Of a stretch of DNA of 64,000 nt, positions 1 to 12,620 are shown piece by piece. The translations under genes were made by a program, and so were the position numbers. Numbering within the stretch: the first letter of the stretch is position 1; each line of letters begins with the position of its first letter. The stretch covers positions 15,026,534 to 15,090,533 of the forward strand of contig CM120644.1 in NCBI GenBank assembly GCA_051362555.1, in the 5' to 3' direction. Origin of the DNA: Lingula anatina. Lineage: Eukaryota; Animalia; Brachiopoda. A model generated the notes under the pieces. The model saw only the letters and a program-made list of their open reading frames with translations, ran no database searches and was not told the origin of the DNA.

Positions 1-107
1 TATATTTATTTATTTTGAGTGCAGAGATTCATGTTTCCCTCTATTAATAGTGATGTCCTCGCACTGCTAAATCGAACCCTTATATTAGTTGTCTTTTCTC
101 TATAGCT

Positions 108-1994
108 ATGAAGCCGGACACCGTACTGTCTACCAAGATGTTCAACGAGCCTCAAGAAATGGCGCGTCAAGGAGAGAGTAAATCCTCCAACAAGAAAAAA
201 TTCGCAATTGGCGCCGTCACGCTCGTCATTGTGGTTGCCATGGCAGTGGGCGGAGTTTTGCTTGCCACTCATATGTCGCAGAAGGCGAGCAATGACATGT
301 TGAAGGTGAGATATGGATGACTATTATTCAGTTTCTAGAAATGCACTTCAATACATTTAAACAAAAATGGTTAAAATGTGGATGGTTTTTAAGTTACTGA
401 GCGCGTTTCGTACCTATCTAGACGTTTCGGATCGATCGCCACATGGTAGGCGCGTCGATTTGAACTCCCAAGTGCGGTAAAATGAGTAACCAGAATTAAT
501 GTTGCAGAGAGAGAGAGAGAGAGAGAGAGAAGTCTTAAACTTAGTTTCGTTTCTCTTCAAGGCTTACCTTGTCACCTTCAAAGACGACAGCTCAGAGTTC
601 CAGCAAGAGATAGAGATCAGTGCCTCCCAGAAACTGGAAGCCGTTCACGTAGCAGCTGAGAGCGGAAAGCAGGAAACCTTCGTCCTCCATGATTATAGCA
701 CGGTAAGTACATGTATGCCATTTTAGGTACGCTCAAAATCAGCCTAACATGAACAGTGTAGTTTGATAACTTGGGTTTTCACATAGACTACAAGATCCCG
801 CTGTGCATAAGCAGCTCATTTTTCTTTTTTCTTTTTTTTTTCTTTTTTTTTTTTTTTTTTTTTTGGAGGGGGGGTATATTGTTTACTGGCAAAAGTAATT
901 GTTTCCTTGTGATAAAAATGATAACAAGTAGCAGTAAAAGCAATATTCTTATTATTTTCATTATCACTGTCGTAATCATCATCACTACGATCATTATCAT
1001 TATACTTGACTAATTAATTCATCAGATTATGAACTTATTTACTTTTGAGCACTGAGCTGAACTGTGACTCGACGGGCGTTATGACACAGCAGATCAAGTG
1101 TCATCACTATTACATATTATTACTGTAGCTACAAACACCATTTCTTCGTGTTTTCAGGGGAAAACTGCCTTGAGATTCGCAGGCGACACATCTTGCTATA
1201 TTCGCAGCATGGAAAAGCGAATGACAAGAACTAATGTCACCGGGTTACAGCAGAGCTACCAAGAAGCTCAGGTAATTCATTAACTTCCTAATCCAGGACA
1301 AATTAAGATTACAAGAAGAGAAAAGCAATGACGCAAGGCGTCTGTGTTTCTTAATATAACTTTCTATAGTCTAGTCGTAATTATCCCTGTAGCCTATGCA
1401 ACTTGGACCTTATTATACGTGAGAATATGTACCGCAGCCTTGAATGATACTTGCGGTAGATGAAAAATGTATACTGAAATATAGTTTGTAAAAGAAGTTG
1501 AAATACTGTTCTAAAAAGAATTACCTAACTTGATTAAAAGTAATAAGTATTGCTAGTACACCAGCGTTGCTTGAATAACGTGACCACAAGCATAAAACTC
1601 TTCCTATATAAACCATTTCATATATATTTCATCAGCATCAGACCCCTGGGAAGATCTCAAGCGTCGAGCAATCCTACTACCAGGCCGTGGACGCTCCCGT
1701 TGACCGTTCTTCTCTCAGCAAGGCCGTCCTGGATTTCTGTGCTGGACACAAATTGCAATTTCTTGAGAAAACTACCAAAGAAAATATCAAAGGTAAGGGA
1801 CAATATTGGGTAATTTGTTTTCTAACCAAAAATAGACCTTTTATTTTGTTTTCTAATCATTAATAGACTTTTTTTAAATCAAATTTATCCCTCATAATAT
1901 GCCAAGTTCGGGTACTGTTTTATTGCCATATTTCGAAAAATAAGAATATGTGGTAGGGATTAACTGTTGCTCGGCTTTTGTTTATTATTATTAT

Positions 1995-2037
<43 letters not shown>

Positions 2038-2787
2038 TGTAATAGTAGTAATGCATAAACCAAAATAAAGAACAGATGATGTCATCAGGACTCTATAAAT
2101 CATTCACTCCATTGCACTGATCTTGAAAAATATCCAACTCAAATGTGACTGATATTTTCTTCTGCAGCAACAGCCACTTCCAAATCAAGAAGCCGCCGCG
2201 ATCTGTTCGACAATTTTAGTGCGTTGGCCACTAGGAAATTCTCAAAAATCAACGCTCGTCTTGGAAGCAACGACGACGACGGCAAGAAGTCTGGGGGAGA
2301 CGTTGGCGCTGCCTCTTTTGGAGGTCCACCCCCTCCCCCACCCCCACGCGACGTCGGTGCTGTTGTACCTCTTGGCAATGCCTACGGTCCTGACGACCCT
2401 TACCTAAACAACGGCGGTGTTGGCGGTCGCAAAGATCCGTATCAAGGCGGTGGTCATGCCGACCGTTACGATTCTCACCAAGGTGGCGGTCATGCCGATC
2501 CTTACGATTCTCATCAAGGTGGTCATGTTGATCCTTACGAGCCTCATCATGGCGGGTACCAGCAAAAACAAGTCGATGTTCCGTGCCAGAAACAGTCCGC
2601 TTGCAAGGTCAACGAGGGATGCACCGTCCGCACCGATCGCACTTGTGAGGATTACGGATGGTTCTTCGGGAACCGTGGAGGAGTGGGAAGAGGCAGATAC
2701 CTGGACGACGCCCGTTGTTTGAGGTGGAGATACGTGGATGTTAAAGACTGCGTTATTGTTAATAAATGCGAGGATTTGTGCACTTAA
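108..2787 (+). CDS. BRICHOS-domain type II membrane precursor, paralog A (~409 aa): TM, BRICHOS, furin site, Gly/His/Tyr repeats, 8-Cys C-terminal domain
   Basis: Exons 108-305, 562-702, 1158-1271, 1636-1792, 2168-2787; all GT-AG, phases 0,0,0,1, 1230 nt open. TM: FAIGAVTLVIVVAMAVGGVLLA. BRICHOS signature: VLHDYSTGKTALRFAGDTSCYIR ... LSKAVLDFCAGHKLQFL. RSRR at 2188-2199. Exon structure matches paralog B. An acceptor just before the ATG implies an upstream UTR exon, possibly outside the window. Confidence 0.9.
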
Positions 2788-3189
2788 AATGCGATTCACT
2801 TTCTGAAATGTGTGAACTGTATACGGGTTATACATTATTTGTTTTAAAGAACGAGTAAGAACAATTTACATGGTATTTTATTTAACATTGGTACCTATGA
2901 TCTCATTTCAATTAAGTATAAAATCAGTCTCATGCTCTGCTTAATTGTCAATTCACGGTGTCCTTTGTACAATTTTAAGTGATTATAAAAATATATTTAA
3001 AAAAATACAAACGTTTGTTTTCATTGCATAGTAATTAAATGCACGCTCCTACTAAAAGCAGTCCTCGCATTAAAATCTAGAATACGAAAACGCCTGAAGG
3101 AAACGTCCGACAATTGAAATACTATATGTAGGATACTATCACGATGGAGCATTTACTATCCTATCTTTCCGTTCAAGCAAAGGTGAGGG

Positions 3190-6100
3190 TTAGACAAACA
3201 CCGTAGAATTGTGTCCGTAGCTTTGTACCAGTGAGGTAGAATTAAATGGGAAATCGCTCCATTTAAAAGCTGCGTAAGCCCAAGTGCTAGCTCCAAGGTT
3301 AACGATTGCAAAAGAGACGATGTTTAAGACGAAACCGACTTTTACCTGAAAAAAAAAATTAAAAAAGTATATTTTGCATAACAGAACAGAAAAGTTTAAG
3401 TGGTAAATATAAAAAAAAATATAGAAAGTCTGTTTCGACATAAATAATCAAATTCTGCAAAAAAAAAAAAAAAATTTTTTTTTGCAAAAAGAAATCCAAT
3501 CAATTTTTCGGAGGATCCCACCCTATTACCAGTCCCAAACTCTCAGCAAATTTGATGTAAAGCAATGTTAACGCCCATAACGCATGTATGAAAGTGAGTA
3601 CATTGTACATGTAGTTTTGGGCTCAGTTTCATTTCTCCAATATAAAACATAAAACATTATTTGCGACTTATTAAAAAAAATATAATCATACCAAGAAAAG
3701 CACTCAGAGAGTGCAGACCTTCGCCGGGACAAATGATTAACTAATAATTAACAATTGATTCATTAATTGTGGATCACCACCACAATATAATCATTTGTTC
3801 CTTGGCCCACGCTTGATAGGTTCTGAAAAGATCATCCAATACTACATACTACACTAAAATCGAAGGCAGAGATTTAGCTACTCACCATGTCTATTATACG
3901 AATCCTCCCATAAGCAAAGACGAAAGCATTAGCGCTGGTCCCGACTGGTAACATAAATGTCATGTTTGTGCATAATTCTACCGGCCACATTATGTAAACC
4001 GGATTATATCCAAACTGCACGGCCTGGGGAAATAATAATAATAATAATTATTATTGCTGTTGTTGTTGTTGTTAAAGTTTCAATAATCATAAAAAAATTA
4101 ATGTAATGAAACTAAAATGTACAGGTAAAATATGTTATTACACATTAGTTACAAACTATACACCCATCTAATTTATTTATTTATTTAGTATTATTATAAT
4201 TATTTTACGTAATATTATTCATTTCAGCAGGCAGAAATTAAGGTGGCTTTCTTGACTTACCACGCCCCCAACAATTGGCATAAACAGCGTGGTCGTGGCT
4301 GTGTTTGTCACAAACTCTGTCATTACCGTGGAAACCGCACATAAAACCATTATCAATTGCCAGGGAGCCAGATCTGACAACGTAAACAATTTAGCACCAA
4401 CCCAATCTGACAGTCCTGAAGCCTAAAGTAGAATATATACACAACAAATGCTTGGTACGTGTGTGCAATATAAGAAAGTATTTTGAAGTAAAAAAAAAAA
4501 GTATTTATCGTTTTATTGGAATCAACCTTTCACTACGCATATACGGTTTAATTCTTTTGATTTACGAAAATCACTGCATCAAACACCAACTAAGTGTCAA
4601 AATAAATACGATAAATAGACTAAATGAATTTTAGAACTATTTCCCACCTCGCACGCAGCAGCAAGCGCCACTCCACCGCCTATCAATATAAGTATATTCC
4701 ACGCCACCTTTCTCTGTGCATAATTCCAATCCATGAGAGTCTCCGGGGAGTCTTCATCTTTGTCTTCGTCTTTGCAAGCACAGGAAAACAATGAGTTATT
4801 TTCACATACTTTTATAACATTTTCATAGTTTGCAAGTAGAATGTAAAGAAAGTAAGCTAACAAAAATAAATGATTCAGCAATAGGAGACTGTTACAAATG
4901 GTTTATGTGCATCCATTGCCCGTTTTTTTTCAGTGCACGTACTATGCATTTCACACTTACCATCATCAGATGTAGAAGTGTCTGGTGAAAAACCAAAGTA
5001 CTTCTTCGGATTGGAAGGAATAATGAATAGGGAAAATATAACAGCCATGGCGGCGGTACCATCCGAGACGTAACTAGCAAAAGGAAAACAGCTGTCAATT
5101 TACAGCAATTCAGAAGGATGTTCCTTATTTCAGCAAATGGATTGACAAAAGCAGGTAAAAATATAACACCCACACACACTTTTGAAACATTCGGTATATC
5201 TATTCAAAGCGTTACTCTATTACAAATTACGTTAATGTAGATTACAAACTGCTAAAATGGCAAGTGCACCATGCGCCAGTAATAATTGGTATGTCGAAAA
5301 TGCTAAATCAAAATCTATTTCTTAATCTAAACACGAGCTGTATTTTAATGTCATCATTGCGGGCACCATTAAATCAATCATCACGATAAAACAAAAAAAT
5401 GTACTATTGACACTATTGGACACTTTCTGTGTTTAGACGACTACATTATGAAGCCGTCTTTCTTTACCCCTTTTTGAAGCCTACAGACCACCCGTCTATA
5501 AATCGTGGGTCTCTAGTCAGCCATAGTAACGACAGCAAGACGAAATGTACCAACACCGCCTTCTCTGCAAACCTAATGATTAAATGAAACGAGAGAATGA
5601 ATCACAAGTCTTGAGAGACATAATTGCACTTCATGCTGTTTGTAATTCTAAAGTACATTACTGTTAAATTATGATATTTGCCCAGAGGCGATTGATATTT
5701 ATAATTGCAATGAAAATAGTCTCCAATTATCGATCAACCAATAAATAAATAGACAAATAAACTATAAAATTCATTGTTTAAAATATAAATGAATCACCGT
5801 AGGTTGGTTAATTATACAGTGTAGTTATGAGGCCATTTATGAAATTCTTTTCTGAAGGCATTCTCGCCAAATAGCAATCAACTTAAGCGGCCTACTGAAG
5901 CTGCTAGGGGGTAAGATAGCAAACGGTGCTGGGCGTAACTTCATCCCTGAATAAGATTTTAGCACGAAAATTGGCAGAGTATACTAGGCTTTTTTTCTAA
6001 GTAAATATTTCAAACAGTATAATCCCTTGTCGTCATTTTGGTTTGAATGTTTTAATTATGGCGTTATGAGCCCCTAATTACGGACTTTCATTAAACAAAA

Positions 6101-8592
6101 GCATTATTTTGCTTTAGCAACGATAAAATCTTAACTACGGCTTTTAAGAAAAATCGATGACAGGGATTTGGAGTACTAAATGATGTCATTAAATAGGCGT
6201 TGAGAGAATCGGGTAAAAGAGAAATTTGAGACACCGATTTTTAAGTTTTTACCCCAAAATCGCAACTATGACGTCATCCGTAATATGAAATATGTGTAAA
6301 TGTTAATTAATTTAGTCACTGAACGCTGAAGATTTATTTATTACCCAAAAGAATTTATGTAAGGCAGTAAATAAGGAATTTTTGGCGAAGGGTGACACTA
6401 TACTTAAGCTGAAAGCAATTTAGCAAGAAACCCATCGAAGCTGGTTCGATCCCGTAAGATCGATCTAGGTATGGGAACCCAGTCTTAAAAAGCGCCAGCT
6501 GTACTTACGTCATGGAGCCCAGTTGTTCATATTCCTTCCTCAGTACTTTGTTCACTTCTTCCTTTCCTCTGAAAGCCTGGCCCTGACAAAACGTGTCTCT
6601 ACAAAATGGATGCATAATATAATCTAGCATTAATATAAAGTAATGCAAGGTAATGCAATACAATATAATGACAAAGTCATGCTTCACATTGCAACATACT
6701 TAAAGTGAATCTGCATGCACCAAGTGTTTCAAATAACCGAGAAAGTGAAAAAAAATAGTTATAAATCAAAATCACTGTCCTGGCTCTAAATTTAGTATGA
6801 TTTGAACTGGAGAAATGTGAGTTCCACAGGCTGCTGATATAACATGGAACACTAGAAACACTTCTAAAACAAAACTCTTTTATTTTAAAAAGGTTTATGT
6901 AGAAATTTTAGGTAAAATGTAAGTTAAGACATTGGTAACAACCAACCAAATCAGCAAAACGCTGAATTGTGTTAATGCATCTGAAATCCCCGTGTCTCTG
7001 TGACACCTTTTTTTCTAAGTAAATATTTCAAACAGTATCCTACCTCCAACCCAAGAAAAACAACTGCAGGACGAAGCAAGTGCACAGCATGACTAGAAGT
7101 GACACTGGGAAACCGTAGATCAGCCAAGACGCAAAGGTTATACCAGGGTCGGTCAGGGCTTTTCTGTCACTGTATATTCTGGGAATATAAATATAAGAAA
7201 AAAAAACTTGGAAAAACTCAGGGATGGAATGAAGAGACACGTCAACAGAAATAAATACGTTTATTCAGAGTAATAGATAACTAAAAAGAAAGATGACTGA
7301 ATTATAATTTTTAAAGTCTACATGTAAGATTCTCCTTTTCTTCTGAAAATGTATCCTTACTTAACAAAATCTCAGAGAATTTTATCCTTTTATTACTTGT
7401 TTACATTAATGACTTTATGAACAAAAAATACATGTAGATAACTAAATATATTATCTAAATTATAAAAAGAAGCTCACTGATCTGCCACATCTTTGAATAT
7501 AAGATTTGTAGAATGTCCCGTCAATGTGGCTGTGCCCCCAATACTGGCAGCATACGCAATAGACAGAGTGAACCCTTTTTGCATGTCCCTTATAGAACTG
7601 GTAGATCGGCGTTTTGGTTTTTCTCCCGGAGACTTCTCCACGTCGTTTATTTTATTGTGTGCAAGATCGACGTCATCCGCTTTCACCACGCCCGTGTCGT
7701 CATCGGATGAGGCTATATACGCGGGATTCTCGCGATAAGCATCACCCTCTGACGAGATGTTATCTGGGTTCTCTGCCAAATTGAATGAAGATAATTAAGT
7801 ATCATTATTTCGTGTGTTTTCAAAACATACCATGTATAGCAGGTGAGAAGGAATCAAAAACTCAGTGGGCAGGCTTACCATCAGAAAAAAATAACGATTA
7901 AGGGATACCGCCATATTTAAAAGCACTTGTTGGGGAACCTTTATCCGAAAGGATTAAACTCGGAGAGTAGAAGCAATAAGCATACCTTCATTCTCTGTTT
8001 CCAAATCCTCCAGACGGAGAAGGATCGCCTCTAGGATTGGGAGCATCATGGCGACAGTGCTGCCAGTGGTGCTCATCCACATTGCCAGAAACCACGTGAT
8101 CAACATTAGCCCAAACAGTAACCTACGTTTCAATAATATACATTTGTAGATCAACACGTTTTCTTTCATTTTTAAATTGTTTGGGTTTTTTATTTTTTCA
8201 AATCGATCATGTTTTTTATGCAAAACTCGAGAATTTCTTTCTTTTTCAGTTCAAGACACTCAGAGAGAGAGAGAGAGAGAGAGATAGCGAGAGAGAGACC
8301 TTTTTGGTTCGGTTCCGACTAGAAGTAACATTTTTAATGCCATCCGTTTGTGAAGGTGACATCTCTCTATGGCGACGGCCATTATAAATCCTGCTAGCTG
8401 TAACATACTAATGTCCTGGAATTCAAAGTGAAGCAATGTAATCTTTCTTCTTCCTTTACTATCAAATTAATCCAACTGCAGCACAGTTCCTTGTACCAGA
8501 ACATATTAGTAATATAGTATAGCAAAACAATACGCCAGTGCCACTATGTTTAGTTTTATTCATTCCAACTATTTCCAAATCACATTTTCAAA

Positions 8593-8630
<38 letters not shown>

Positions 8631-11600
8631 CCTTCCAGTATTGTTGGCTGATTTCCTTGGCCGTCATTATCCCCAGTAAAGGTACCAGAGCGACAGGGAT
8701 CAGCGCTGTCATTGCCATGGGTACAGCTTCTGTGATCCAGTAGATCGCCATCAGCAAGGCGATATAGCCCGTCTTTCCGATCTAAGGTGAAGCAGAAGAT
8801 AAAATAATAAAGATGTTATAGAGTTGCAATTGAAATTCCTTTTTCAAAACAATAATTAAAATAAAACATTTCTGGAAAACCACATTACAACACCTGTAAA
8901 ACTGTAATCTGGCAGTATTTATATACATTATTTGTATAGGGCTTCCCACCTATTTTTATCAGGTGAGCACAGTGGTATCATGATGTCCATCTATTTCTGC
9001 ACCCATGTGTAGACCTGACAGATTTCAACAGGTTAAAAAGGCCAATCGGCTGCGAAGTTCGCCAGCCTGTATGTATACGACCAATCACAAAACATATCGC
9101 ACAGATTCTCGATGGGCAGCGCCGAACTGTGTTACAGATACTAAACATCGGCGTTTCTATCATAACGGTGTAAGGTAGCTAGGCGCGCCTAAAGTGGAAG
9201 GTGATAAACAAAGTAGATGTTTAATCAAAGAGACAGTCCTCGCGATTTGCTTCTGTTTACTCTTGTATCTTAATCCCTTTCACTGTTAAATTTAAATGTC
9301 TAAAGGGTGGTTGGGTTTACTGACCGCATACTCGGTATACTTGGCATCGACGCTCATCTTCATGACCTTTGACAGATAAAGAGCCCTAGAATTCCGGCTT
9401 ATGTGATTTACATCGACAGCTGATTTTCTCTGACATTTTTTTATAAATTAGTATAAACAGTATAATTAAATGTCGACTCAAATAATCTATTTTTGAAATA
9501 ACTTGCGAAACTTGCGTCATATTTTCGCAATTAAAATACAAGTAGTACATGCCCTAACGTACATCTAAAACTGTGTGATTTTATCAGGAAATAAGTACAT
9601 TAAACTTTTCGGCATTGCTCGCAAATCAGATCATTAGAATTTATAATTGCGATTGCCAAATCAGAGACTTATTAATCTTGTTCATGGTCCGGTTGTAAAA
9701 AAAAAGGTTTGTTGCAATCACCTCATTATATGTTGGTCTGAATCAATAAGAACATTTATACAGTGTTGGGGTCTGGGCCATAAAACTGATACACAAACAC
9801 TAAATAACTTTGAAAACCTAAGAGATGCTATCAACAATAAAATTGAGGAACTATTTTGGAAAGACATGGAAAGTGATAACTACAGTAAACTCAGGACATA
9901 CAGATTACTTAAAAAAACCTACACCCCTGAAAAATATCTGTCAATGAAAGTCACCCCATCAGAAATGAAGACTATTGCAAAAATACGGATTAGTGACCAC
10001 GAATTAGAAATTGAACGTGGCCGCTATACATCCCCTAAAACCCCTACTGAAAATCGCAAGTGCCCCCACTGTAATGAAATTGAAACGGAGATCCACTTTT
10101 TACTGAAATGTGAAGAACATAGTGACAGAAGAATTAGATTAATGATACCTCCTGAGCAGGAAACAGATCATGAAAAAATTCAGTGGCTGCTCAGTCCAAA
10201 AAGTGAATCGTGTTTGAGAACATTATATCTTTATATAACTGAAAGTTTGAAAAAACGACACACCCATCAATAACAATAGTCGTTTTATTCTGTGCTGCTT
10301 CCCAGTAATCATTCCATAAGTATTGTATAGATTTGTATAATTTGTTGCTAAGTTGTTATGACTAGTGTAGAGAGCCTGTAAAATGTAATATGTATGCATT
10401 TTAGTGCTCAATAAAGATTATTATTATTATATTATAACCTGCGAACCGCAATTCCCCTTAACAGCCATTTCGGCATTTTCCGTCTGAACCAGAAAATTCG
10501 AGAAAGTATAAGCGATTCTCCCTTATCATTCCTTATATTCGCGGTCATGAAAAAGAACCATGTGTAAAAATCGAGACACTAGAATAAAGGTTGACTAGAT
10601 TCTTCTCAGTTTATAATGCAGTGCTCGCAGGCAGCATTTTTGCAGTCGTATCATAAAATCGCTGTTTAAATCATTAATTCGCCGAGCATAGTCACGCAAG
10701 CCCCCGACTCCCATGTCGCAAACAGTGAGAACCTGTTTTAAGGCAAGAATCAGCTTAGGGCTCATTCTCTACGTAGATCGATCCAACTCCACGGGAACTC
10801 TCGCTGAATGCAATCAAACAGTGCCTCCTCTTGTTTCCATCGTACTCTTATAACCACCAATTTTGCTGTGTTTTACTCAACTCAAGGAGGAGGCTTGTTC
10901 CTCGTCAAACTGACTGCATTCAGCGAGAGTCCCGGTGGGGTTGGATCGATCTGCGTAGAACGATAGTTTCATTGGAAATGAGCACTTAGACAGAACTGCA
11001 TGGATTTTCGTGCCTGGATTATTTCAAAATATCATTCAATTGGGACTCATTAACTGATCAACTACCATGGTATACACTGTACCTTAAGAGCTGTGCAAGA
11101 CATCTTACTTGCGTTCATATTTGCATTTTGGATAAGATGATTATTTTAGGATTAACCAGAATCGCTGAGTCAATATCTAAGTTATACCGATTCGAGATTT
11201 TCGCACCAAATCGGATTTCTTTCGAGAAATTTAGCGCTTTTCTTCTCATGAATCATCACTACATTCGTCTCTGCACTTGTACTCGATGTTTTATAGTCTT
11301 TACAGGATATTAAGAAATAGAAATATGGATTTGAGGCATATCAAAACACGTACGGTTTGTCTTTAGCTGCCAGCAATCTTCTTGTTGCTTTACGACTTTC
11401 TGGCCTACTTTCTGACGCCCTGACAGATGGTTATCGTCATAATATGTGTAGTTATTCAACTTGGCGAAGGCATTGACACAGAAAGGATTAACCATATACA
11501 AGGAAGCCAGCTGAAATGATACTTTTGTCTCACTTGTTTTTGTTTGTTTTCTAATCGGAAATTAAAAGCAGTGCTTTAGGAGGGACAAACGTTACATGTG

Positions 11601-11683
11601 CGATATTTGCTAAGAGCAAATGCGCTCCTTTCACCTCTTCAATATGCCCAACCTATGGCAATGTCTGACCCATGTCTGCACCA

Positions 11684-11758
<75 letters not shown>

Positions 11759-12113
11759 AGGGGGAAGAGATACGCACGAGGGCATGCCTCCAAACATATC
11801 TCCAAACGTATACATTATACAGAGACACAGTCCCTTGTGACCGCACTGGGGTACTGGTCCACTATGTAAATACATGCAGGGGAGACATGTGTGTGCATAT
11901 ACATTTACTTATATATACTCGCGTAGCTAAACATAACAAAGATAATTTAAGTGAAAAGGTACGCGTACATGTAGAAGGCACCGTGTATATGCACAAAAGA
12001 GTACTTACATCATCACCAGTGAGAATAGGCAGAGGGAGTAACAGTAAGGGTGTCAAAATAACTACCCAAAACCTCTTGGCGGCCCAGCATCTCCTGAGAC
12101 GTTCACCTGCCAT
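3190..12113 (-). CDS. SLC13: SLC13/DASS family Na+-coupled di/tricarboxylate or sulfate transporter (Indy-like), ~607 aa, 13 exons
   Basis: Exons (minus) 12113-12009, 8781-8632, 8415-8300, 8122-7986, 7772-7478, 7178-7044, 6598-6509, 5572-5468, 5073-4961, 4769-4648, 4422-4261, 4023-3886, 3345-3190; total 1824 nt, phases consistent. Family motifs: MAIYWITEAVP, AIERCHLHKRMAL, IAYAASIGGTATLTG, WLTRDPRFIDGW, ILILIGGGVALA, ASGLSDW, TEFVTNTATTTLFMP, FMLPVGT. Confidence 0.93.
3690..3840. mobile_element. Fragment of a non-autonomous interspersed repeat (Crypton-V-like end) in the last SLC13 intron
   Basis: ACCAAGAAAAGCACTCAGAGAGTGCAGACCTTCGCC ... GGATCACCACCACAATATAATCATTTGTTCCTTG resembles a widespread aquatic-animal repeat terminus. 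The family assignment is from memory and was not searched. Confidence 0.4.
5865..6486. mobile_element. Degenerate MITE arms interrupted by an internal ~500-bp segment
   Basis: 5865-5915 and 6403-6486 resemble the arms of the element at 19751-20005 (CTTAAG...GCAATTTAGC.AGAA, TAGGTATGGGA.CCCA). Confidence 0.45.
9730..10436 (+). mobile_element. 5'-truncated non-LTR retrotransposon (LINE) 3' end, antisense in SLC13 intron 1
   Basis: The ORF ends in a typical LINE ORF2 C-terminus: SKLRTYRLLK..EKYL..RISDHELEIERGRY..RKCPHCNEIETEIHFLLKC (CCHC knuckle). A short 3' UTR follows, then AATAAA at ~10410 and an (ATT)n tail. Confidence 0.85.
10758..10985. mobile_element. PIF/Harbinger (Tourist-like) MITE
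   Basis: Inverted arms GGGCTCATT..TACGTAGATCGATCCAAC..CTCTCGCTGAATGCA and TGCATTCAGCGAGAG..GTTGGATCGATCTGCGTA..AATGAGCAC, with TTA on both sides. Same family as 31605-31832. Confidence 0.75.
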
Positions 12114-12349
12114 GACGGCGGTTTCTCTTGCTGTTCAGGTGAAACCCGGAGTCCACGTGACACAAATCTTATAGCGCCTATATCAGCGTCTGCATTAATC
12201 TCAACGTTGACAAAGGTACATGTAGTGCATACGCTAAGATGCTTACGGGAGGTGACACTTGTTTAGGTTTAAGGTTGTAAATCTGGGTTATTTAATATGT
12301 TTGTTTTTAAGGACATCGGTCTGTATTACATTTTTCTTTCTTTTCATTT

Positions 12350-12396
<47 letters not shown>

Positions 12397-12620
12397 TTTT
12401 TTTTTTTTCAAATTTATATTCAAAATGTGTATGCTGGTAATCACAGGTATGTGTTTGTGATGATACCTTTTAGATAATATGTGGCAACACATACCTGCAT
12501 AGATACGCATTTGTGACATAAACTGTGGGACAATATACTGACATCAACAACGCAATGCACAGCATCCTACGAAAAAAAAAAAAAAAAACGATACATAGTA
12601 TACACAGACGCAGTGCTTAC

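Noticed and set aside
2404-2835. Antisense and alternative-frame ORFs over BRICHOS exon 5 (also 21028-21509)
   Set aside because: Shadows of GC-rich repetitive coding sequence. Only the Cys-containing frame fits the splice phase and is conserved between paralogs.
9647-10273. 208-aa ORF as a host gene
   Set aside because: It has a TTG start in unrelated flank, LINE ORF2 C-terminal motifs and an (ATT)n tail, so it is a truncated retrotransposon.
11598-12000. ORFs with SLSLSL, HTHTHT, RERERE, poly-F or poly-I runs (also 771-1013, 52270-52706, 57884-58471, 61000-61294)
   Set aside because: Microsatellite translations in introns or intergenic DNA.
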